Position numbers and translations under genes: made by a program. Under the pieces are notes generated by a model. It was not told where the DNA came from. It saw only the letters and a program-made list of their open reading frames with translations, and made no database searches. A DNA stretch of 61,145 nucleotides, counting the filler, from Nemertoderma westbladi (Eukaryota; Animalia; Xenacoelomorpha), in assembly GCA_032718475.1 (NCBI GenBank). It is 4 parts of 4 records of this genome, joined end to end, with 100 filler letters (N's around TTAATTAATTAA, not from the genome) between each part and the next. Parts side by side here need not be neighbours in the genome. Positions count along the whole stretch, not along the records: positions 1 to 19,313 come from JAUCBJ010002490.1; positions 19,414 to 39,375 come from JAUCBJ010002536.1; 2 more parts are not named here. One strand, 5' to 3'. Positions 13,701-25,408 of the stretch are shown here, in pieces (within the stretch, counting starts at the first letter, position 1; every line of letters starts with the position of its first letter).

Positions 13701-14566
13701 AAGATGTGCTAGCTATCAATTTTGATAAATGTTTGTTCTAGAACACATTTTTTGTTCTAGATCATTTTTTGGAAAAAAATTAAATAGTACAGGAATCATC
13801 AAACAACCCGTATTAAAAAAAATCGTCATTTTAAATGATTATACCTCTTAGAAACTGAGGAATTTTGAATCTAGAACTGGTAACACACTAACACACAGTT
13901 GTGTTTGATGTTCTAAATAAGTTTTATTTTTTAAATATCTTATAAAAATTACCAGCTAACACAAAATGAAAATTACTAGCTACCATCTTACTGATAGAAG
14001 GTAAAATATTTGTTCTAAAACAAAAAAACTCATGATTATATAAATTTTCACAAGAAAAAATCTTAAAAAAATTACCAAATTTAATATTTTTTTACAAGCT
14101 AAAAAAGTACCAGCTAAAACAAAATCAAAATTACAAGCTACCATCCTACTGTCAGAAGGTCAAATATTTGTTATTTGTCAGTTTGTTATTTGTGTTGGTA
14201 AATTTGTCAAACTATGGGTACCCAAGGTGTAGTAATGCCGTAATCATGGCGCTCACCGCTCAACCAACTGAGCTAGCCACTCCTTTCCCTGTTTTGTGGT
14301 AGCTAGCATTTTTGTTACAATAGTGTGCTAGTACTATTAATTGCTATCAGTAAGCAGTAGTATTTTGTACAGAAAAAAAAACACAGAAAAACTTTAGGTC
14401 AGTCAGGTTGTCAAAAAGCGGATCGCCGTGTCATAGTAATACCAACATAACCAGCCACTCAATTCAAGGCACAGTATTCCCTCCTTTTGAATTGTATGTA
14501 GAACCAAGACTTATCTAGCTCCAACCATTACACCATTACACCGCTCCAATATTACACCATTGCAAT

Positions 14567-15241
14567 ATGTCATTACATATATCCTACTGTGCGACGGCGG
14601 GGTTAGTAGGAATGAATACGGTCGCGTGTCTACTTTGGAAAATAAATAACCGTAAAGTACAATATATTATGAAGGAATATTTCCAGCTTAGTGTCGAACA
14701 ATCAAGTACAAACTGCGGATTCCATCGCGCGAGTGAGACAATCTCAGAGACCACTTGGATGCCAAACGTAATTCTAAGCGCAATTAGCCACAAACACGTT
14801 CGAGAAGCTACGTACAACCTCTACGTGCTATGGATTAATGTCCCAAGTGTTACAACTGTTCTTACATTACATCATTACGCTATGGTGTTGGTAACAGGTA
14901 GTATTCTAGCGAATTCCGGAAGTCACGTGATAAAGGCCTTCTTATGGAATGTTTATCCGAAAACAATGGGATGTGGCGCAGGAATCTGTGCTGTGTTGGG
15001 CGCCAAATGCTTCCTAGCTAACGAACACCTTCAACTAAAATATATGATGATAGCTGAGGTTATAGGAGTGGTAAACTTGATCTGGAAAAATCTTGAACAT
15101 CCAAATCTAATAATAATTGAACAACTTATATTTGGGTCCGTACAGAACCATGTCGGGAATGTATTAGGATTGTGTTACGGCGTTGTATACGCTTACTGCT
15201 TGAAAATATACTATGCCAAAAATCTAGGCACCGAAGTGTAA
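14567..15241 (+). CDS. PARL-like rhomboid, predicted catalytically inactive, nested antisense in Shank intron 3
   Basis: Colinear with PARL motifs: GLVGMNTVACLLWK~GIIAANVLVFCLWR, MKEYF~MIRYF, ILSAISHKHVREATYNLYVLW~LLSTFSHFSLFHMAANMYVLW, MGCGAGICAVL~LGASGAIMTVL, NHVGNVLGLCYG~DHAAHLGGALFG. Intact 224-codon ORF. Confidence 0.82.
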   Translation: MSLHISYCATAGLVGMNTVACLLWKINNRKVQYIMKEYFQLSVEQSSTNCGFHRASETISETTWMPNVILSAISHKHVREATYNLYVLWINVPSVTTVLTLHHYAMVLVTGSILANSGSHVIKAFLWNVYPKTMGCGAGICAVLGAKCFLANEHLQLKYMMIAEVIGVVNLIWKNLEHPNLIIIEQLIFGSVQNHVGNVLGLCYGVVYAYCLKIYYAKNLGTEV

Positions 15242-16014
15242 GTAGAGCATCAAAGTGTTATTTAGCAAAAATACATTGATTGAGCGCCATGTAAGACCCC
15301 CATGTTCGAGTCCCAAGTGCTATTTCACTGAAAGCCCGGGGTTTCAAGTTAAAGAGCTTTCACAAGTTCGCCAATCCAATCCAAATAAAGACCTTCAGAA
15401 TAATAAGAAAACAGACGGAAATATTTTGTCAGAATTCCTCAAAAGGACGATATGGCATTGATTTCAGCGAAATTAAAAAACCAAAAATGAGTAAAAATTT
15501 GCATAAAATTGAATTAAGTGCCTTTGATACGAATATACTACTTTAACATTCAAAATGATAATATTCCCATAATTTAATTTTCCGTTTTCAAGATAATTTT
15601 AACCAAGGTTTATTAGTTTTGTGCACAATCTGTAATTCAGAAACGTTAATTTTCGTTTATATCGTTGGTTTTCTATTCCTTTACATAAGTTGTTTAATGT
15701 CCACCTGATTGGGGGACGTTAACTAAGTATGTCACCCAAATTGTATGTAAGCTGGTGCCGCTGGCTATTCGATCATGTACTATTTACTTTCAAAAACAAT
15801 TTTATATTTTTAAATTTAATTTTTCCACATGGAATTCAAAATTCAATATTTGTATTTTCTTTAAATAAACTCAATAAGAATTTTAAATGTGACTAACAAT
15901 AAATTAATTTAAGTAAGAATTAAACGAAGAGCCACAATATCTCGATATTTCCAAAACCAATATTTTATGGTGTTTCACAAGTTAATCCGTAAATAATGAC
16001 CATCAGAAACTAAC

Positions 16015-16211
16015 CGGGTCAGCCCCTCTCGCTAGCAACACAACGGTACAAGCTTCTTGATTATGTAAGGCGGCAATGTGTAGGGGTGTGTTACCGGAGG
16101 AATTCACCGCATCTGTGGCGGCCCCATAATACAGTAGCAGCTCTAAATGCTGGGCGTATCCATAGCGACAGGTTTGGTGAGTCTCGGACCATCCCTTACT
16201 GTCTGTGATTC
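16015..16211 (-). CDS. SHANK: Shank exon 3 (ankyrin repeats), absent from the ORF track
   Basis: atttAG|GA ATC...GAC CCG|GTTAGT. Encodes (G)ITDSKGWSETHQTCRYGYAQHLELLLYYGAATDAVNSSGNTPLHIAALHNQEACTVVLLARGADP. Phases fit both neighbouring exons. Confidence 0.96.
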
Positions 16212-16429
16212 CTAAATATTATATTTAAAAAAACTATTATTTTTTATTATTTAAATAAAGCACCCCACTCACTACTGGATTCATTAACCGATTGTACAAC
16301 CCGACCTCGAGCGACATGCAGCCACTCCAGAACCACAGCAACCCGGTTCCTCACCACTCGATCATCTTTCCTCGCTGCACTGCTGCATTGCATAAACTAT
16401 TAGCAGCAGCAGCTAGTATTGGGCTGTAG

Positions 16430-17127
16430 GTCAGAAAATTATCGATCATCATTTTCATGAAAAATATAAGTAGTCGCAAGACCGAATCACAAAATTGTAT
16501 ATATTCTAAAAACTAATACGTATGGTTTGTTGGCTAGCTTTATAGAGATTTTATAAGACCCCGAACCGAAGTTGACTATTCCATTTCCGAAAATTGAACG
16601 GTAAGTTATTTTTCGTGCACCAAAGATGTGGGAGTGGCACTACTTTGAAAACTACGAGATTCGGAAAATGCCCCCAAGTATTTATTTAAACGCATTTTTT
16701 AAAGGGTTCACGATTCAGCGGCCCAGAGAAGTGAGAAGGGCAGAGAACCTAGAAAAAAAGAGTTGAAATCAAAACTAGAAACTGTATTTTCCAATAAGTA
16801 TCAAACTTTGAAATGCCTAAATTTTGGTGCACCAAAAATGCCACCACTAAAAGTACCTGTAAAGAATCCAAAACTTATAACTCAAAAAATTATTATAATT
16901 AACTAATGAATAAAGATCTTGTAAAATTTCAACATGGGACCAAATTTGAGGAGGCTCCACATCGAAAAGTAGAAAGCCAATAGCGGTGGTGTGGTGCCGT
17001 TTATGCGAAAAATGCGCCGGTAAATTCAGTTAATTCTCAAAAAAAATTGGGCTTATATATAATGGGGTTGCATACGAGGCAATTATTAACTAGGGGGGTC
17101 AATTCACCCCCGAGTGCTAAAATAGAG
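16430..17127. mobile_element. piggyBac-like non-autonomous element remnant in Shank intron 2
   Basis: Ends in ...AATAGAG|TTAA. Shares the GTGCACCAAA/GTGGCAC/GATTCAGCG internal repeat with 31880-32961. Confidence 0.55.
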
Positions 17128-17155
17128 TTAATTTTAGTGTTTAAGGCACACCTAC

Positions 17156-17349
17156 CTAATAGAGAATGGTAGTAAAGTAAGTATTCCGTGACCAGTGGAT
17201 CTGCACCACTCGTAACAGACACATATAGAGGAGTGAGGCCCCTCTTGTCCTTATAGTCAGTAGGTGCTCCAATGTCCAACAACGTGGTCAGGGCCCTGAT
17301 GTTGCTTTTAGAAGCAGCCTTATGGAGAGCTGTAGATCCATCCCACGAC
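17156..17349 (-). CDS. SHANK: Shank exon 2 (ankyrin repeats)
   Basis: taatAG|G TCG TGG...TTA G|GTAGGT. Encodes SWDGSTALHKAA...DYKDKRGLTPLY. Confidence 0.95.
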
Positions 17350-18151
17350 CTATTAAAGTTAACACACAAACGCTAACACAGGGATTCATTAGAAATTAGG
17401 CCGAATTATTTGACATTAACAAAAGAGTCCATAACAGAAACCTACTCAGTACCGGTAAGGACAGACCGAGTAAAAATAAACAATAGATATTAAATAGGCA
17501 GGTAATATATGGATTAAAGATATATTGGCGTAAATTGTCCGAAGTCTCAAAAGTTATCTCCCCAACGAAAGTTGTAGAAAAACTTGCATCTTTCTCTTAA
17601 TAAATTCCATTTAAACCCTCTAAACATATAGTTAGTGTCTGCAAGTCATTTTGCGCCATTAAAACTCGAATTAAATATACACCTACACTCCACATACACC
17701 CCACACGTTGTGAAACATTCATGTACTTAAATTATTGCCTTAAACGCGCGGAGTAGTGCGTAGTTCCCCTTTAACAGTAATATTTTATTAATTGTTAGAA
17801 AAGACGGATCCCGTTTAAAGTATACCTGTATACCTTGCTGAATTAATTGCAGATATACCTTATTAATAAGTTGGATTTCGTTTCATGAGATTAGCTTGAA
17901 AGTTGATGTCAGTAAAACACTATTTGAAAAAAGCATTTTATTAAAATACACATTTAAAACAGTTCCGGTTCTTTGTTTTGGGAACTGGGCTGGGTTATGA
18001 ATAATAAAGTCTACAAAAAGATGTCCACTCTGTCTCTATTTATATACCTTCTTTTTGTTGCCCTTTTAGGCGATTAGCCGGTATTTAAATATTTTTAATG
18101 TTTTTATAAAGCCAGCTGTTTTTAACTCAATAAATATTCCAGATGTATCAC

Positions 18152-18693
18152 CTGTAGTCCAGATGAGCTCCCCCATCCACTAGTATATCCAAAGCACTGC
18201 GACAATCATCTAAACGACTCGCCACTATTGTTAACGGCGTCTCCCCATCACCTTCATTCTGATAGTTTGGATCGAATCCTTTGTTCAACATTTTACGCAG
18301 CTTTTCCAGGTTGCCACCGGCCACGAGGTCCGCAAACCGTTTCAAGTTAGCACGCGAATGTAATTTTTTCCATATCGAAGTCTCACGACCAAATGATGTC
18401 TTGTAAATTCGATGTTTCGGTTTGAATTCCAAGTAGGTGGTTCCTGATAAACCGGCATCCCTAAACGTTAAATTCTCCCTTATATATCTGGGTGATGTGT
18501 TTGTGGAACCAGCCTGATAGAACCCCCAGTTAATTGTGTCGTTAACACTGGGCGGCGATGAATTAAGTATCGTACATTTCGCCTCCTCTACCAGAGTATC
18601 CAAGGGAAACTCGAGGTGGCTAATTCCCTCGCCTCCAAAATTGTGAATTGTTACAAAAGCGAATGAGTTACCGGTACAGTTTCCGTTAGCCAT
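18152..18693 (-). CDS. SHANK: Shank exon 1 (SPN/FERM-f0-like domain and first ankyrin repeat)
   Basis: YLEFKPKHRIYK..KKLHSRANLKRF..KGFDPNY..GETPLT..GGAHLDYR, with donor TACAG|GTGATA. The ATG at 18693 is the presumed start. Confidence 0.93.
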
Positions 18694-19313
18694 TGCAAGT
18701 TGCAGAATTTGGCATTGCTGAGTTACCGGTACCAGTACAGCAGTAGAGCTACAACAACATACAGTCGTCTGGCAGTACAGCAGTAGCCCAGTCTGCCAGT
18801 AGCCGTAGCCCTATCTGACAGCCTGAACCTCCTGTGAACGTGAACTTCAGAACTTGTTTATTAAAAGATAGGCCAAAATAATTTACATGTAAAATATATC
18901 TACTACTACTATCATAAATCGTACTGTACACCAAGCCCTGGAATATAATGTCGTAATTCATTGACACGATGCCCCCCCCCCCCCCCCCCCCCCCGAAAAC
19001 CTAAATATTTTTAACTAGACTAAATAATTTTTGATAGATTTTATGAATTATCATTGGATATCTTAGTACTTTAAAAATCCTCCAGAACAAAAAATATTGT
19101 TTCGATAACTTTTTTCGTAAAATATTGAAATAGTTGTTGGTACTGTTCGGTGTATGGCATACTTTTGGTATTTTAATTCGATGTACAGTAATATTATGAC
19201 GGCCGATAAGCTACCAACAAAGATCGTTATTGATAAATAAAATTATCAACCGTCGTTATTAAATACTGGAGCCAGATCGACCGTCGTTATTAAATACTGG
19301 AGCCAGATCGACC

Positions 19314-19413
19314 NNNNNNNNNNNNNNNNNNNNNNNNNNNNNNNNNNNNNNNNNNNNTTAATTAATTAANNNNNNNNNNNNNNNNNNNNNNNNNNNNNNN
19401 NNNNNNNNNNNNN
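19314..19413. other. assembly gap with TTAATTAATTAA linker
   Basis: N-run with a central all-frame-stop linker. Confidence 0.99.
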
Positions 19414-21295
19414 TGTACGGTCCAGCGGTCGGTTCGCCAGATGCCAGAGCCAGACCTGTAGACAGCAGACTGCCTTCCTCCATTAACTCAGACGGGACTG
19501 CCAGGCTCCCACTCCACTGCTCCAGGCTGCCGGGCGCCAATCTGCCAATGCCAGTTACCAGTAGGCCTACTGACTGACTGACTGCAGTAAATACACACAA
19601 CAAAACAAAAAAAACACAAACAGACAAAAATACACAAAAAAACACAATATGACCCAAAAAAAGCTACCCAAAAAGACAAAAAAAAATGTTTTTAATAAAC
19701 AATGTATCTACAATAAGATTTAGGTTAATTGTAAGAAGAGTTTCACTTTTCAGTTTTCAATTTTCACTTTTTTCAAAATATTACATTTGTTTATTTGAAG
19801 ATTTCTTTATAATGACCTACTGCCACCGGTTTACTGGTAAGCCTACCCACCCAGACTGCCAGACAGCATACAAAATCAGATTTCTTAATTAATGGAAAGG
19901 AGCAGGTTACAGTAGCAGGCTTTTCTAACCAAAACAATAAACGATAACCAAAGAACACAGGTTACAGTCTTATTTTTCCAACCCTATACTGCTATAGGAC
20001 AGTAGGACATAAATTATTTTTGTCTTTTTGGGTAAGTTTTTTGGGTAATATTGTGTTTTTTTGTGTTTTTTTGTATTTTTTTGTGTTTTTTTGTGTATTT
20101 TTGTGTTTTTTTTGGGTAATTCGTAGGACCGAGGCCCACCTGCCCACCGGTAATTATTATCATTGGTTTTATCAGTTTGTTTGTTTGTTTGTATTGTATT
20201 GCTTTCTTCAGTTCGTGAATCCATTCCAATTCTGCCATTAACGATTGTCCGAGATTTTCCATCCTCCATCACCACAATCAGACACTACTCTACTATCTGA
20301 CTATGCCTCCGAAAAAACGGACTAAGTTTAACTTCCATGCCGTTCGCAAGGAGCTTCCGGATCCACCTTCTTCATCGCTACCGCGGCGGGGCGTCGATGT
20401 AGCGGGAGTCGAAGTTTCTCAACTGTCCGGTGGAGACAGTGGTTCAGTGGAGTGGAGACTCGGACAATCGTTAATGGCAGAATTGAATGGATTCATGAAC
20501 TGAAGAAAGCAATACAATACAAACAAACAAACAAACTGATAAAACCAATGATAATAATTACCGGTGGGCCTCGGTCCTACGAATTACCCAAAAAAACACA
20601 AAATTACCCAAAAATACACAAAAAAATACAAAAAAACACAAAAAACACAATATTACCCAAAAAACTTATGCCTACCGAAAAAGACAAAAATAATTTATAT
20701 CCTAGGGTTGGAAAAATAAGACTGTAACCTGTGTTCTTTGGTTATCGTTTATTGTTTTGGTTAGAAAAGCCTGCTACTGTAACCTGCTCCTTTCCATTAA
20801 TTAAGATATCTGATTTTGTATGCTGTCTGGCAGTCTGGGTGGGTAGGCTTACCAGTAAACCGGTGGCAGTAGGTCATTATAAAGAAATCTTCAAATAAAC
20901 AAAATGTAATATTTTGAAAAAAGTGAAACTCTTCTTACAATTAGGTTTATAATAAGATAAGAAATAAGATGAAGATTTAAATAAGATTTAGGATCTTATT
21001 GTAGATACATTGTTTATTAAAAACATTTTTTTTTGTCTTTTTGGGTACTTTTTTTGGGTCATATTGTGTTTTTTTGTGTATTTTTGTCTGTTTGTGTTTT
21101 TTGTTTTGTTGTGTGTATTTACTGCAGTCAGTCAGTCAGTAGGCCTACTGGTAACTGGCATTGGCAGATTGGCGCCCGGCAGCCTGGAGCAGTGGAGTGG
21201 CAGCCTGGCAGTCCCGTCTGAGTTAATGGAGGAAGGCAGTCTGCTGTCTACAGGTCTGGCTCTGGCATCTGGCGAACCGACCGCTGGACCGTACA
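19414..21295. repeat. about 1.9-kb palindrome (arms 19414-20253 and 20459-21295, about 200-bp spacer)
   Basis: Arms are high-identity reverse complements with several indels. The left arm is cut by the gap. Confidence 0.93.
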
Positions 21296-21725
21296 CGTAC
21301 TGACTGACTGATGTAGGCTTGTAGCGCTGTAGGCCTACAGCCGTACTGCAACTGCAGTACTGGCCGTATGCTGTACTGCATACTGTAATTAATACTGTAC
21401 AGAGCTGCCAGGGCAGTAGGCTGTATATACTCCTGACTGCCTGATATATGTGCTGCTGTCTGTCTGTGCTGTACCAGTACCAAGGCCTACTAGAGAAACA
21501 GGCCTGGCAGCCAGCCTACAGGCCTTCATTATTGAAGGCCTAGAATTCTGATACCGGTATACTGTAGGCCTATAGTTTACAAATCTTGAACTACCTACTG
21601 CACTGAATTATGTTATCGTTTACTCTTCCTACCTGACTGCTCGAGTGTTTACCTGAATACACGAGTGTCTACCCGAATAAACTACCAAAGTGACAACCTG
21701 ATACGACTGTATGACCGTTAACTCG

Positions 21726-22161
21726 ATGGGAAGGAAGTGTTCCGTTGGCGGTTGCAGAACTGGTTATGCGAACGCGAAGGATAAACTGACCGGTATGGAC
21801 GATGGGGAGGAGAATTCCTCACCGATTACGGTCTACGCGTTTCCGAAAGATCCTGTGGAATTGCAAACGTGGTTGCCCACCGCATTGATCGAGCAAAACT
21901 ATACACAGAACTGGAGGTTGAATGTTCAAGTGAACTTGGGAAGCACAAGTGTTCCTCGTGTGTTGACATCACGTTGACCGACAATGAAGTGGATGCTATA
22001 AACCACATTGACGAGACCGGAATAGAGATAATTACAGGTGATGAGAAGATGGCATTGTTTTATATAGCTGGCTACGTTGCTCGCAAACATCCCGTACTTT
22101 CAACGACTGACAATGAAGTTTTGGATCATTCTCTTTATTTATATTGCTTAAACAGAGGTGG
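21726..22161 (+). mobile_element. internally deleted P-element/THAP9-like transposase
   Basis: THAP N-terminus MGRKCSVGGC...YAFPKD..LQTW is fused out of frame to the C-terminal motifs LFYIAGYVARK and LNRGG. Confidence 0.8.
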
Positions 22162-22171
22162 TCCAGTCTGG

Positions 22172-22425
22172 TTCCCGGCTTAATTTGACATTATGTCAAA
22201 TTTGACATGTGGCATGTCAAATTTGTCACTAATGTCAAAATTGACATTTCGTTGATTAAATTCTTTCTATAGGCATAGTTAAAAAACATATATAGGTAAA
22301 TAGTTGATAAAATAGTACTTTCATTAGTTGTATTCAGTAAAAAACTGTAGACATATGCCACAATCTGTTTTTTTCACATTCCATGTCAAATTTAACATTT
22401 CCAGATACAAAATGTCAAATTTGAT
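22172..22425. repeat. clustered short inverted repeats (TGTCAAA/TTTGACA); putative left end of the KDZ-like element
   Basis: About 8 TGTCAAA(TTT)/TTTGACA motifs begin just where the P-like remnant stops. Confidence 0.6.
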
Positions 22426-22683
22426 ATCTTCTTGATATTGGACAGTTAGATGTTGTAGTGTTTGTGTAGACTGGTAGAGTGCCGTAGTAAAGTACGATAA
22501 TCCTAATATCTAAATACTTAATGATAGTACCGATAGGGTTAATCATGTAATAGGTACCTACCGGTAGGCATAGGTATACTAGACTACTGACCTCCCACAG
22601 ACAGACAGACCCACTACCCACTGTGCTACTGACCTACTTATTGATTTCGTTAATTGTATATGTGGCACAGGCATTATCAGATT

Positions 22684-25401
22684 ATGGCGGATAATACATT
22701 AAAACCACGAGTTAAAGGTAAATTTGATGGAAAATGTCTATGTGTAATACACGATTTCTCCTACACGAAACGCAAGGATGTCTACTATAAATTGGAGTAT
22801 TTAGCAACGTCAAAGGGCATACCAGACTTCTGCCGTAAATATATGGTTAGCAATAAACTAATCAGTAACAAGAGACAGCAATATGTTTGCACCCGTTGTA
22901 TTGCTCAAGTTCGGTCCCTTATTCCATTGAAAAGCTTGAAGAAGCCAAGAAGACTAAGACCAGGCAATAAACCATGCAAGGACTTAAACGAAGCAACTTC
23001 TTCCTTCGCTAGATTAAACTCAAAAGAATTCAAATCCGTAGCAGTGCAAACTGATACTATCGTTTCCATTTCAAGTTATCAGCAAACAGACTCTGAATCT
23101 AAAGAAACTGACAGTGATATAATTTTATCCTGCAGTGATGGGCAGTTGTCGAAACTTGGTCTATCCTTCGGAGGCGCAATTAAAGATAAATTAGCAAGTG
23201 CAATTACCGAAATGGAACCTATATGGAACCGCATGATGCAAGACAATTATAAAACTTCAGTTATTTCAAGAAAATGCCCTGAATTAATAGAATGTGTTAA
23301 ATCGTGTACTAATTTTCCGACAACACCAAGTTCAACTAAATTGAACACGTTAAACAACTTGATCTGTCAGATTATGGTCTTATCGAACTATCAGTTCATT
23401 GGTTCATTCCAAATTGCATGCTCCTTGATTTCTTATACTATAACGAATAGTAAAACAAATTTGCGCTTATTCGGATATGGTACACCATCTGGTAGTTATA
23501 CAACTGTGCGTAGAATAATATCGCACTTTGCAGATCAACAACCAAAAATAATTCAAGGGGACATAGTAGAACACTTTGATAATTCCCAAGTTTTATCGAA
23601 GACATATCGATCGAGGTTGAGAAACAGCACAATTAATTGTAAGTGTTGTTTGCAATAGATATCAGGTAAACATCGATCCACAATTTTGCTTACAATATTG
23701 TCCTATGGCATCTCCAGCAGTCTGGCGAACTTGTACCTTTGACTACTCACGTGTGGCCCTCATCAATGCAGACATGGGGGCACTATTTAATAGTGCAAGA
23801 GACGAACTAATTAAGCTTTATATTCAGCAAGTTTCTGATGAAAAATGGATGAGATTGGAAAGGACTATTGATACTACTTTAGATACATTCTCATTCAAGG
23901 AAACTAAACAGTGTAGCCATTGTCAGGTGAAATATTTAAAATCAAAAAGACAATGTGATAATTGTGGTTCAGCCCTGAGCCTTATAAATCCTCCTGATGC
24001 TCCTTGTTCTGCAGGAAACTTTATGTCATCGGAAGATATATATACCACATTTCGTTCTAAATTTGATATTAATTTATCAACTGTATATGACGATTCCATT
24101 AGAAAGCCCATAATGCTCAATCCTAACTCATACAAAAACATTGGAAATATTCTTAGCACTATACGTTCTGAGATTGGTGAGCGAAAGTGGGTGGCATGTT
24201 ATATAGATGGCCTAATCTATACATTGGTGGCTCGAATGATTTTACAAAGACCACGCGACTTTAATTGGTTTGTACCTGTTGTTGCAGCCGGCCACTATGA
24301 GATGAATGCTCATAGGCTCATAAGGGAGATCAATTGGGACATATTTTTTCAAGAAGTTTGTAAACTCATGGGTTACAAAACAGAAGCTTCATTGCAGTAC
24401 TCAAAACGTGGATCAGATTTCCACAAATCTATCGATCTATTTTTTCAAACTTTCGATGCACTAGCATTAGAGCTCATAGTCCCTTACATACGTCATATTA
24501 AACTGAAACTTGGAGATGACGAAACTCCTAGTGTATCAGGTTTTTACAATTATTTTAATTCTCAAAATGAAAAGACATATGAATTTTTATTTCATATGAC
24601 ATTTGGTCCTATGTTAGCACTCGTACTTTATCGAACAGCAACTAGAATTTCACCACAAGATAATCTCCTACTCGCTTCGCGTCGGAAATTTTCAACTTTA
24701 TGGCATGCTGTCCCCAACCACCCAAATTATCGTTTGATTGAAGGGTTTGACTTTTTTCAATATTGTATGCAACCTGACAATATTAAAGAATGGATTAAGA
24801 AACACAGTAATGTATCTCGTAATGATAATCGAAGTCAACCATTAGATCTGGTAGGGGAAGAGTCTGTGAAACGCATCAAAGCTGTTTTGGTTTCCAATCC
24901 GGATGAAAGTAACTGGAAACAGGCGTGTTGCAGCGCTGACAAGGTAGATCAAATAAAGCATCATGTTTTCAGGAAAATTGGAGTAGAATCAGAATACAAT
25001 CCAAGAAATAAAGATCCAATGAGTTCTGAGAAAACTATGATTCGTTTATTATTTAGAGAAAACAGGTACTGTACTCCACATCAGCGAACAAATATCCAAA
25101 ATATTAATGGTGATATATTAGATTCATCTATGGAAAAAATTTTCAATATTGGCGCCTATAATCAGGCAATGTACGAGCAATCCCTCTGTGAGCAAGTCGA
25201 GTTCGATGGAAATGCTACATATGCCTATCCCATGTGTAGCGACCGCGCAAAAACAGAAGCAATTGCAAAATTAACTGCGGAGCAACTGCGCGAAAAATTG
25301 ATAGATATTTTGTCTAATTGGCAGTCTGATTTCGTAGACTACTCAGAACTCCTTAAATTGTCCAAGAAAAAACAAGAACTAGTCGATTTGTACTTCCAAA
25401 T
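22684..25401 (+). pseudogene. KDZ/Dileera (DUF6589)-like DDE transposase, about 905 aa when the +1 frameshift near 23635 is repaired
   Basis: N-terminal Cys/His cluster, SYTT..HFDN, CxxC..CxxC ribbon, NPNS, WVACYIDG, AGHYEMN, DFHK, HPNY, DLVGEE, and a SAP-like C-terminus (LTAEQLREKL..KKQELVD). Frame 2 is open from about 23630 (VSVVC..). Confidence 0.65.
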
Positions 25402-25408
25402 CACCATC

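Noticed and set aside
14235-14285. tRNA gene (GGCTAGCTCAGTTGGTTGAGCG on the minus strand)
   Set aside because: Only the A-box/D-arm half is present; probably a SINE head. Similar partial B-box hits at about 2915, 15305, 33570 and 38195 also form no cloverleaf.
17037-17155. C-terminal part of ORF 17037-17369
   Set aside because: Read-through into intron 2 and a MITE end; Shank similarity stops at the donor at 17155.
19358-19369. TTAATTAATTAA motif repeated three times in the window
   Set aside because: Synthetic gap linker embedded in Ns, not biological.
23639-23658. GTAAGT...AG as an intron fixing the transposase frameshift
   Set aside because: Only 20 nt, does not restore the frame, and would remove the plausible VSVVC segment; a 1-bp insertion is simpler.
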